Of a stretch of 64,000 bases of DNA, positions 52,700 through 63,363 are shown in pieces. Under the pieces are notes generated by a model. That model was not told the origin of the DNA and searched no databases. It was given only the letters and a program-made list of their open reading frames with translations. Location: positions 8,370,001 through 8,434,000 of the forward strand of contig NC_134475.1 of the NCBI RefSeq assembly GCF_964194025.1. Reading direction: 5' to 3'. Origin of the DNA: Convolutriloba macropyga (taxonomy: Eukaryota). The stretch's first letter is position 1. Each line of letters opens with the position of its first letter. The translations under genes and the position numbers were made by a program.

Positions 52700-54420
52700 C
52701 TAAGTGAGCGTATCTAGTGCTTTGAGTGGACAGCTAATGGCTGTTAAGGCTTTAAAAATAACTTTTCGAAATTTTAATTATAATTGATTAATAATTAAAA
52801 TAGCTAATTTTAATTGTTTTCGAACAATAACAAACCATAAATTTAATTTCGTGAACTGTAGGTCAGTCTCTGTGATGACAGCAACCTCCTCCGTCCCACT
52901 GTAATCAAATTTGATCTAGCTGGCGGTTTTATCTTCTAACTGTCAGTAATATGACTTCAAGGACATAGGATTTCAAAATGTTTTATTTTTTTTTGGATAT
53001 TTCCGTATTATTGGGTACTTTTGAAATCCTATCACCATATCCTAAAACTGAGAGCGACTTTTGGCTTTGGGAAGACGTTCACTGGATCACAGATAAATTT
53101 TTCCGGGAAAAGCATGTGTTTTCAAATGGCTTTGACCTTTTCTTCTCGCACAAATCTACTGAATTTTTGGTTTTTGCTTGATTTTGATAGTCATAAGACT
53201 TGTTGTGACGTCTTATTGATCACCCATGTATGAAAACATCCCCATACTCCTATCAAAACTTATTTGAGTGCATTTATTGAAATTCGTTGAAATGAATTGA
53301 ATTTGATAGCTGTTAAGCGGTTAAAAATATTTTTTTCGAAAATTTTTTTGAACATTAACCAATCTTAAAAATTTCGTGAACTGTTGGTCAGTCTCAGTAT
53401 TGACAGAACCCACTTGTTTTCTACTGAAACCAAAATAAGTTTCATTGACAATTTTATCTTCTATATATTGATTATATGACTTCAATAACACAAGAAATCA
53501 GAATTTTTTTAAAAAAATTTGGATTTTTTCATATTATTGGTTACTTTTGAACTCTTATCACATTATCCAAATATTATACACATTGTCCAACTATTATTCT
53601 AATCCAATTTTTTTATAAAAGACATTCAGTGGATCACAGATAGACTTTTCCGAGAATAGCTAATGGTTTAAATGGCTTCGAAATTTTCTTCTCGCACTTT
53701 TCTACTGATTTTTGGTTTTCGCCTGTTATTGTTGATGCTTTCATAGTCTTAAGACTTATTGTAATCTTTTATTGAATATCTGTCTATGACAAACATTTTT
53801 TCCCTGCCATTGTGTTATTTCTGAGCGTAGTTATTGACCTCCGTAAAAAGCTTTTGAGTTTAATGGCTGTTAAGATTTTAAAAAATATTTTTTGAAAGTT
53901 CTTTTGAACTTCAACCAATCCTAAGCTTTTTTTTCGTGAACTGTCAGCCAGTCTTAGTTTTTTTGGATCCCCTTTTTCATTTCTAATGCATCCAAAAATA
54001 ATCTGGCTAGCGGTTTTATCTTCTAACTTTTAGTTTATTAAAACTTCAATGCCACTAGTCTTCATACTTTTTTAAAAAAATTTCCGCTACTTTTTCTTAT
54101 TTTGGATCTTTTTGAAATCTTATCACATTATCCTAATACTAATATTTCCCAATGGTTTAGGAAAGACGTTAAACGGATCATATATAAAGTTTTCATTGAA
54201 GAAAATAGGATTTAAATTACTTCGACTCTTTCTTCTGGCACTCTTCTACTGAATTTTTGGTTGTTGCTTTTCTTTGTTGTTGTTTTCATTTTCAATAATT
54301 TGTTGGAAGGTCTTATTGACCAAATATGAATGGCCAACAAACTTGTCGTCCCATAGAAGCAAAGTTTAGCGTATTTAGTGGATTCCGTTAAAAGCTAAGG
54401 AAATTAATGGCGTTGACACT
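52700..54420. repeat. Old tandem array of three ~530-560 bp units
   Basis: Anchors tttcgtgaactgt (~52847, ~53372, ~53932), ttttatcttcta, tctactgaatttttggtt and ggctgttaag recur in order. Confidence 0.85.
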
Positions 54421-55631
54421 AAGAGTTTTCTCAAAAATTTCGTGGTTCTAATGTATTTGTTCATATTTGATATTTTGAAGCCATATTTACACAAAAGAAG
54501 AATCCCATTGTTGTTAAAAAAATTCAACATAGAAAAAATTTTAGTGAAAAGTTCATCTGTTGCCTTCGACAGTTTTCTCGCTCAATTTTTTTTCTTGAAA
54601 CTGCTGTTTTTGCCTGTTTCTGTTCTTTAGGTGGCCGTAAATTGCTTACAAGTCTCTTAAGCTTGTTTTTGAGGACTGAATTAAGTGTTACCCCGAATCA
54701 GTAAGTCAGTTTATAGCCTTTAGTCTTAAGGTTTATGATATAAATTTTCAAATATTTTTCAAACTTTTCTGTTTTTGTTGTTCTTTTGTCAAATTGTAAC
54801 TTCTTTTCGTCAATGAGAGGTCACATCCAATTTCTTTTATCCCAAAAACAACATATCTACTGATATTATTTGTCATCGAAGCTTCGTTTGTTGGAAAACA
54901 AGCATTTCTACAAACAATTTTTGAGGGGTCTTTTTCTCTTCTTTCAGAACAATCGCGTAGTAACAGATCCCAATGGTTTACAAATGCGGCCAAATATACT
55001 TATTTAATCTCTCGGCATAATTCCAGCAGCTGAATTAGTAGAAATAAGAAATGAATTAAAAATGCATAATATTCAGATAATAGCTAATGATTTTAATGTT
55101 AGCATTCGTTTGTGTTTTCGCAAATCGTTTCTAATTTTTTTAGGTTTTTCTTTAGTTCGTTTCTAAGGCTTAAACTACCCAAAGTCAAGGCCGTTTGGTT
55201 TTGTAGTAACTTTTTAGTAACTTATCAGGGATTAATTGGTTAAAAGCTAATGATTTTTAAGATTTTTGAAATTTCTCGGTTTAAAAAATGTTGATTTTTT
55301 TTTGAAATTCACCTCATTGATCGTTCTCTTTGTTGACTTGTAACATAGTCTGATTAAGAAAACTTTCCGTCCGCTGTTTAGTTAGGAGAAATTAAATTTG
55401 AGTAGTGAAAGTGTTATCTGACTGCATTTTGACGTTGTTACTATTAACGAACGCACATTAACGAGCGGCCTTGTTTTCTTCGAGTCTTATCGATTCGTCA
55501 GAATACAAAATTATGCCAATTTCAAGTCAGTTTATATACGTCAGTTTTTTGGTTATGATAATTTGCATTCTATAAGACTGTACAGTCGAGTTGTCCGAAA
55601 GTCTATTTGAGTAGAGTTCTAGTGAGTAGAT

Positions 55632-55637
55632 TTTATT
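55632..55637 (-). promoter_or_regulatory. Candidate polyadenylation signal AATAAA of the ZP gene
   Basis: First AATAAA on the minus strand, ~110 nt after the stop codon. Confidence 0.45.
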
Positions 55638-55647
55638 TGAGTATAGA

Positions 55648-55750
55648 GTTCCTGAGAACAATTCCTGAGCTCAATTCCTGAGATCGATTCCTGAGATCAA
55701 TTCCTGAGATCAGTTCCTGAGATCAGTTCCTGAGATCAATTCCTGAGATT
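55648..55750. repeat. 13-bp minisatellite (TTCCTGAGATCAA)x8
   Basis: Eight ttcctgag cores at ~13-bp spacing, abutting the ZP stop codon. Confidence 0.95.
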
Positions 55751-55888
55751 AACGGGACTCGAGCTTCACTTTCTGGTATCCAGCTCTCTTTCGCCAGAAA
55801 TGTACAACAGTAGCCAGTACTGCCGCCATTACAAACATGAATAGGAAAGACATCTGTGTGACTGGGAGTCCCAATTTCTGATCATTGG
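55749..55888 (-). CDS. ZP-domain protein, terminal exon (TM helix and cytoplasmic tail)
   Basis: Acceptor gtttgttttag; phase 1; reads (A)NDQKLGLPVTQMSFLFMFVMAAVLATVVHFWRKRAGYQKVKLESR*: hydrophobic helix, basic stop-transfer, YxxV motif. Absent from the ORF track. Confidence 0.8.
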
Positions 55889-55995
55889 CTAAAACAAACA
55901 ATATTCATCAGAATAACAAAGCAAACCTTGCCTAACTAAGGCCAGAAGACTGGAAAACGCCAAACAAAAGTGAGAAACCTTTCTTTGGTTTGTTC

Positions 55996-56136
55996 CCCCG
56001 GTCGAGGTTTGGCGGTGAATTTTCGTAAGAAATGCGGTGAAATATTTATTATCACCGCATTCACCGCAATCACCGCATTTCTTACAAAGATTCACCGCAA
56101 TTCTCACAAAAATTTACCCAAAAACCTCGACCCAGG
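55996..56136. mobile_element. Minimal 141-bp MITE of the CCCGGGTCGAGG family, TC target duplication
   Basis: tc|ccccggtcgaggttt ... aaacctcgacccagg|tc; internal GCGGTGAA/TCACCGC inverted motifs. Confidence 0.8.
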
Positions 56137-57199
56137 TCGGTTGCAGTTGTAATAAAGTTTTGAAAAGTCCAATTTCGTCTGTATTATCGGTTTTGATGAA
56201 AGAAATGTTTGATATCATCGGTTTTGCAACATACAAAACCGTTGGCAGGTTCTCTCCAGTAAACGTAAGAACTCATCGATATCTTTGTAATAATACTTAA
56301 GAAATTGCCGATGTGTTTGATTTAAAACTTAAAAATTGTTTTTTTCCTACAAATTAGATTTAGTTCTTTGCTTACAATTTAGTAAAAAATGATAAAATTG
56401 TTATCATGCAGCTTCAAACGTAAATCTTTGAAAGAAGAATGATTTCAGTAGACGGAGAATTTTTAATTGAACTGTCTTCCTTAAATCGTCAACAATCATG
56501 AATGAGTAGTTTAAAACTTTAATATAAATTTGCATCTCACATGCTTAGCATAAATAGAGAATCATTTAATTAATTTACCCATACAAACGTTTGGTGTTAT
56601 GACAATGAAAGGACCTTTTGCATAATATTTCGTTCCTTCACATCGAACATACTGAGAATTTGTTAAATTGAAAAAAATAACTAGCCTACAATTCCTTAAA
56701 CTTAAAGACCAAACACACCAACGATAAGAAGAGAAAAATGTAAGAACATTGGTCAAGTGCGTGTAAATTATTGTTCCAAGGCAGTTTTTCAACTACTTAT
56801 GTTCGACCAGTTTTCTTTGTTTAGTCAACAAGGAGGCTTGGTAATGTGCGATCGCACATAAAGTTCCGACTCCGCTCCTCCGCAATTTTGGCATAATTGT
56901 CTACCAAATGTGGAAACGATAGAAAAAATAGTTTATGAAGGAAAAGAGAGCCTACGAAGCAAATAACTCAGTGGAGTAAAAAATGATGCACTACATTGAT
57001 GAGATATGCCTAAATTAAGAAAACGAGTTAAGATGAACAGCAAAACCAAACAACACCAACAAGCATTAATTACATCGAAAACTTTATGTCCGTTTTAAAA
57101 AACAAAAATTAATAACAAAGTCAACATAGCGTCAGATAAATGTGAAACTATACGAAATAACTTGTATATCACCAGAAAAGATATCAAACCAGTCCATAA

Positions 57200-58100
57200 T
57201 GAACCTTGGTAATAATTAGACAATAAAGAACAAAAACAGTAAAATTAAAAAATTGGTTCATTTTTTAAAACAATTAATTTCAAAGTAATGAAAGCCATTA
57301 GAAATCAACTAAAAGATCTCATAGGTTTACGATTACAGATGTTTCTATACAAGGGTATTACGTCCTGTCGTTATTCAATTTTTTGCGGTTAAGAAGAACA
57401 ACAAAAAGACAGCAAACAAACGCTTTCGAATAATGTAGTATGTAACCTTTTTATAAAGGAGACTAGGTAACAAGTAGACAAAAGAAGGACAAAATTAAGT
57501 AACACTTTTTTTTCGAAAAAATTAAATCCAAAGTCAAGAAAGCCATTAATTGCAAACTGAAATAGTTAAATAGGTTCGTTTATTTGTCCAAAAGAAGCCC
57601 CTGAGACCCGTTTTTATCCAGAATATGTCTTACGTCTACAAGAAGAACGGCAAATATGACAAAAATCAAAAATTAATTTACATTTTTGAGAAAAACCCGT
57701 ATCGAAGCCACTAAAGCCACAACGAATTCTTCAAAAACATTAGATTTTGTGGCACCAATCGCTTTTTGCCACCTTCCCCTGACACCATAATTATTATATT
57801 TGGCCTCTAATATAAGAGACTAGGTAACAAATAGAAAATAAAAAGAACAAAATTGCGAAGTTAAAAAGAATTTTCATTTTGGAAAACAATTGTAATCAAA
57901 GTCATGGAATCCATCAGCTATCTATTAATATCAGACTTTCAACTCATGTATTTTTCATGAAAAGCCAATGAAACCAGTTATACAAGTTGTTTCATACGAG
58001 CAAAGCGACAAGGTAAAAAGACAGTCAGAGACAAAATTAAAAAATTCAATTAAATTCTTCAAGAAAGTAATGTTGAAGCCGCTAATATCATAATCAATAT
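57200..58100. repeat. Degenerate irregular tandem repeat in ZP intron
   Basis: Recurrent gactaggtaacaa..aaagaacaaaa..aattaa..aaagtaatgaaagcc motif at ~57210, 57460, 57820, 58010. Confidence 0.6.
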
Positions 58101-60475
58101 CTTTCAGGATTTTAATATATACAATTGTGCTTTTCTTGAGCGCCAATATTGAGATATGTGAACTGTCAACAATTTGATGATGTAACAAAACTGGAAAACG
58201 TAAAAAATTGGTAAATATCTAAAAATAAAATAAGAAATCCGGTAGTATCAAAACCAGAAAAACATAACTTAAGGCATAAAACCGCAAGTGGGGTTCGATT
58301 TCCAATCAGTAGAAAACGAAAGCAATTTTATGACACTAAGCTGCAAGTTGACCAAATTAAGGAAAAAGTAGAGACAGAGTTCAATAAGCAATTTTTCATT
58401 TTAAAATCAAATATTTGTAAATGTCAAAATGACCATACATTTTCAAGTAAAAGCTAAATGCATCAATATTGAGCTGTGTAGAAAACCCATTGAACCCATC
58501 CCTACTGTTCTTCGGTTTAAATTGTTCTGCTCTTTCATTAACAGAGAAAAAAGATTATATTCTGTTCTTTACTTTACAAAAAACACCGACTGATTACAAT
58601 CCGAAAACTTTTTGGATTGTAACAGTTCACGATTGGTTCAAAACTAGCAATGCTAATGTTGTTCGTCCGTTAGGACGACACTTACTTTTTGAATGTTATG
58701 GATATAGATATTTCTTTAGTTAAAAAACCAAAAAAATGCTGTTTTTTTATTAATTAACGAGTAAAGCTAACAAAAAAACGGCAAAGTAAAAAACCCCCTA
58801 TTTAGTCTACAAAGATTGTAATTGTGGTGTTTGGTTGTGTACTTCCGACAAATTTAATCAAGGTGGACCATAAAAGTTATTTTGTTCTGTTTTTGATGAA
58901 AAAGTCTAAAGTTTGAAAAATTTTGCCTGAATTTTTGGCAAATGATTTAATTAAAAATAGTTGACACAATTTTTTGTTTTTCAAAGTGAACTCAACAACA
59001 CTATTCTTCGAAATTTTACCAATTTTTAGCAAAGTTCACTCTACTTTTCTCGAAAGTTTAAACCTCAATAACTCCCTGTAAAAAACGAAAGGAAAAACTC
59101 CTTTTGTTTACATATTCAATGCTGGACGAGCTTTTTAATGATACCAGTCTCAACTCTCTACGATGATCATATCGATCGGCGAACATTGTCTGAATAAAAA
59201 AACCCATTTTAGCAAATTTTTCCTCCCCCCTCAAGAGGGGTCGGAGCAATTATGGACAAAATATATAATTCAGTCAAAGATAAAAGTGTTGTACAATTGA
59301 AACGCTTTTAAAAAACTCAACCGGTCGCTTACAATAAAATCAAAATTCTGTTTTTCGAACAAATAAGCGGACTGACTTTAATAAAAGTGTTCTGTTTTTG
59401 GACTTTTTCTGTATACATAGGTTATTTAAATCTTAAATGATTGCATTGTTGACTTCGCAATGATATATTAAATTTATTTCTCACCAAAATCCATCTTCTG
59501 ACGATAATTGAATGAAACACATCCTCTGGCCTTTTATGAAGTTCTTATGTCCATGTTTGAACTACATAGAAACAAGGCATTAAAGAAAGCAACAGAAAGT
59601 TATTGGTAAGCATTTAACAACAAATGAGGACCTGCTGCTAGGTTTAAAGACAATTTTTTTGGAGAACTAAATATACATTAAAAATTAGAAGCCAAGTACA
59701 AAGATTAAAAACTGTCCGGATTTTACTTACACCTAGTTGCTCCAGAGTATTGTCCGAAAAAATCACAACCACTGCTTTTCACGAATTATGTGACTATTTT
59801 TTTTAAAAGTGTTTTCTTTGCAGTTAACTGGCAAAATTGGGATTCACTGGTTTTTTAAGAGTTTTGTTGAGCAAAGGAACTGTTCATGTTTCTCTGCACA
59901 AGACGAATTCAATTGGCATTTGAAAAATCAGTATACTTTCCCATAAAATATTGGTTTTGTATCAACTACCAGTTTTTCTCACAAAAATTATCTTGAAAGC
60001 CTCTTCTAGATTTGCTTTAAAAAATGCGTCATTTTTTTCAGATTTTGCAAAATTTGATCCGATTTGAAAGCCTTAAAAAGAATAAGTTTTTGAGCCTTGG
60101 GTCATTGAAAAGAAATATTTTGCGCCTGTCTCTGCCATTTATTTCGAAAAATATATTTTTCGTTATACTTCGCTTGCAACTTTTCATGTCCTCAGAAACG
60201 CAATAAATGGTAAAATGTTAAATGCCGAAAAACGATATACAGAAGCACTATTTTCATAAAGAACCAGCGTTTCTATCAAGCATTTGAACCTATTTTTTAA
60301 CCCAAACTCTTAATACGTGTAAAAAGGGCCTCAACAATTGAGATATGGAGACGAAGGAACAACTGGACCGTTCCCAACAAAATCTAAAAAAATTGGAGCG
60401 AAAGATTTTATGCTTTTTTGGATTTCAATTGTCTCGTGAAAAAACTTAGCCACAAAAAACAAAACAATTCTGTGT

Positions 60476-60600
60476 TCAATTGCATATAACTCAATTGCAT
60501 AACTCAATTGCATAACTCAATTGCATAACTCAATTGCATAACTCAATTGCATAACTCAATTGCATAACTCAATTGCATAACTCAGTTGTATAACTCAACT
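60476..60600. repeat. 13-bp minisatellite (ATAACTCAATTGC)x~9
   Basis: Mostly perfect tandem units, degenerate at both edges. Confidence 0.95.
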
Positions 60601-60963
60601 GGAACCTTGATAAGCATATGGGATACAGAATGTTTGTCTTCAATTTTCTTAATTTTGTTTTGATGGGTTAGAATAGCTTCATATCTTCAACGGCACATTA
60701 GCGATCGTACTTACTAGCATTAAGAATCATGCTAACTTCATAAACTGAAAAATTTAATTGAAAAAGTCGCAAAAACCTTGGTCTCCGAGTTATACATGCA
60801 ATCAAAATTTGTTCTGCTTGCGAGATCTTTCTAGCTTTGTTCGTAAAATGCACTTTGAGGCAGATGATAATGGTCATAATGAGTCACAATATTGTGTACT
60901 GAATTTGAAAACTTATCGATAATTTTGTCGTCCTATGAAGTTTTACTTTTGTTTATTGCAATA

Positions 60964-61614
60964 CCCGGGTCGAGGTGTCACCGCTAAAAATCGCTAAAAG
61001 ATGTAAGATTTGCGGTGAATTTGAGTAAAAGTGTAAGATTTGCGTTCAATGCGATGAATGCGGTGAAAAAAAACTTTTAAGCGGTGAAAATTTTTTTTTC
61101 AGCGCTTAAGCGGTGAAAGAAAATTTTTCACCGCTACATGCAGGATGCGGTGAAAAAAATTCTTCACCGCTACCACCAGAATGCTGTGAAAAAAAATTTT
61201 TCACCGCTACCAGCAGAATGCGGTGAAAAAAAATTTTTCACCGCTAAAATCGCAAATCTTACAAAAATTTACCGCTCTAATTTCAACGCTTATCCTATAT
61301 TCACAGGAAATATCATTGAAGTAAGTGACAGATGGCGCAGTGGATTACGAAGTTGGTCACACGCATGAGGTAGAGGTTCGAACCCTTGTACGGCAGTTTC
61401 TTTTTTGTAAGAATTCCGGTGAATGCGGTGAAAAAAATTTTTCACCGCAAAATTCAACGCTATCAGCGCAAAAATTCTTCTTTTTTTACAAAAATTCACC
61501 GCTTTCAGCGCATTCAACGCTAAAAGATGCGGGCGCTTTACGGTGAAAAAAGTTTTTTTTCACCGCTATTCACCGCTAATCTTACATTATTTTTTGTCAA
61601 AACCTCGACCCGGG
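60964..61614. mobile_element. MITE of the CCCGGGTCGAGG family, TA target duplication, with tRNA-like core
   Basis: ta|cccgggtcgaggt ... acctcgacccggg|ta (13-bp perfect TIR); many GCGGTGAAAA...TTTTCACCGC mini-palindromes. Confidence 0.92.
61326..61396 (+). ncRNA. tRNA-derived (Val-CAC-like) sequence with intact Pol III A/B boxes and T-run terminator; not a functional tRNA
   Basis: A box TGGCGCAGTGG 61333-61343, B box GGTTCGAACCC 61375-61385, TCACACGC anticodon-loop remnant, TTTTTT 61391-61396; acceptor and anticodon stems do not pair well. Confidence 0.6.
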
Positions 61615-61949
61615 TACCGCAATTTATTGCAATTATTACCATAGGCGGATTTGGCTTTTGATATCAGTTATAAAATAATTTTGTCATAAACTGTAAATCA
61701 CCTGGGGTGTTAGAAAAATTAGCATCTGTTTAGTCGATCAGGACGAACTAAAAAATCTAGCCTACAGCTTAGTTTTGATTGGTTGACAAATCTGATTGGT
61801 CAAATTTTTGATCATTTGTCCTGTCGTTTCGTACGGCCGGCTTGTAGGCTGAAAATTTCATTTTGTTTCATGGTTGTTTGTTTAAATTTAAATTCGCCTA
61901 AACGCCCTGTCGGCCAAATTCAACGACCTCATCAGGTAGTTTTCATTAC

Positions 61950-62102
61950 CATTGAGTGGTTGATATTTGACGAGTGGCTTGACGAAGAATAACGGCTGAG
62001 ACGAGATGGTCATCGTTTTCAGAGCTTCACCCTCTCTCGTGAGGTCAGAGAGGGCTCTCCTTGCTCTCTGCCTCTGATTGTTAGTTTGACATTCGTTATC
62101 AC
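61950..62102 (-). CDS. ZP-domain protein exon (last Cys, furin site, external hydrophobic patch)
   Basis: catttttag| ... |gtaatg, phase 1-1; (S)DNECQTNNQRQRARRALSDLTREGEALKTMTISSQPLFFVKPLVKYQPLN; RARR fits R-X-R-R. Confidence 0.88.
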
Positions 62103-62932
62103 CTAAAAATGTCACAAACCAGAGTTTCAATTGTCAAAATAGGTGTGAACATGACATGATTGAGAAAGGTGATAAAGTCAGGAAAGGTACATAAAAATTT
62201 AGAGATGGAGCGTTCAAAGATAACGGAAACTCATTATCTCTCAAGTTAAGCGGATTTCTCACTTTCTTACAAAATAGTGCAAGTTTATCATTTTAAGCAA
62301 GACATTATTGTAAGATAGCCAATTTTCGACCATATAAATTCCTATCTTCCCGACGTGAAGTGGTCGAAGTATGATTAGACAACTATTGTCTGATGGGGGG
62401 GGGGGGGGGGGTACCGTCCCAGACGTAAATCACACGGTCTGGGCAATACTCTTTGTCGCGTTATTTCGAATCATAAGAGCGGTATGTTGAATCATATAGC
62501 ACTGCACAATCGAATCTTAGTCCCATTACGTCTGAAGAAATTGCGCAAAATCGAATCATAGTCACAAAAAATCCGACAGATTCCAGCCAGTTCTAATCAT
62601 GACAGCACTTTTTCCTCTTTAAATGTTCCGCAAAGGTCGAATCATAGTCTCACCACTTTTTTTGCACATCGTTTCCTAATTTCGAAATGGCTAGATGAGC
62701 CATTTTTCGAATTGGCTTGAAATGGTTTGAAGAGATCCCGTAGAGCCAGCCGGCTTTCGAGGAGAATTATATTTGAGATTTTATTAAAAGGATGCAGTTA
62801 CTAAATGAAGGCAGCCTCTTGTGAACACATTATGCTCTTAGTTTATCAGATTTGAGTAATTTTAAGTTTTTTTAAATGTCGGTTTGCAAAGCAAGAACAT
62901 GTCCGAACGTATGTAAATTGACGGATTCTAAC

Positions 62933-63117
62933 TTGGAGCGATGCAGGTAGATTCGTTTACTGAAGGACAGCTCCTGACCACACAGTGAATGTAAACAATG
63001 GCAGTAGTTTCTCCCTGCCATGAAAATGACATGAAGCTCATCAGGTCACGTGTGCTGCCTTCTTGTGCTCTGAGGGTGTGGTCTCGTTCAAACACGTCAT
63101 CAGATGCCAATGGACAC
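62933..63117 (-). CDS. ZP-domain protein exon (ZP-C subdomain)
   Basis: tttactcag| ... |gttaga; CPLASDDVF...MSFMSFSWQGETTAIVYIHCVVRSCPSVNESTCIAP matches the ZP-C pattern CP...F..F.F...VY.HC.V..C...C..P; splices in frame to the next exon. Upstream exons lie outside the window or were not found. Confidence 0.88.
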
Positions 63118-63139
63118 CTGAGTAAATTGCATTTAGTTC

Positions 63140-63363
63140 CCCGGTCAAGGAAAAATTAGAAAAATATGTAAGATTAAGTGGCGAGTCAAAAATTGTTTTT
63201 TCACCGCAAATTTTGTACATAACTTTGCGGTGAAATGTGGTAAATGCGGTGAAATTATATAAGTTCACCGCTAGAGTAAGCGGTGATCTTACAAAAATTC
63301 ACCACAATTCACCGCTAAAATATGTAATTTCACCGCTTAATGGCGGTGACACCTCGACCCGGG
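63140..63363. mobile_element. MITE of the CCCGGGTCGAGG family, probable TC target duplication
   Basis: tc|cccggtcaagg ... gcggtgacacctcgacccggg|tc; right 21 bp are the exact reverse complement of the left end of the 60964 element. Confidence 0.85.

Noticed and set aside
59731-59775. Extra ZP exon ending at a strong minus-strand GTAAGT donor
   Set aside because: No acceptor/donor combination using that donor gives a phase 1-1 open exon.
61326-61393. Functional tRNA gene
   Set aside because: Acceptor, D and anticodon stems do not pair; retained only as a tRNA-derived element.
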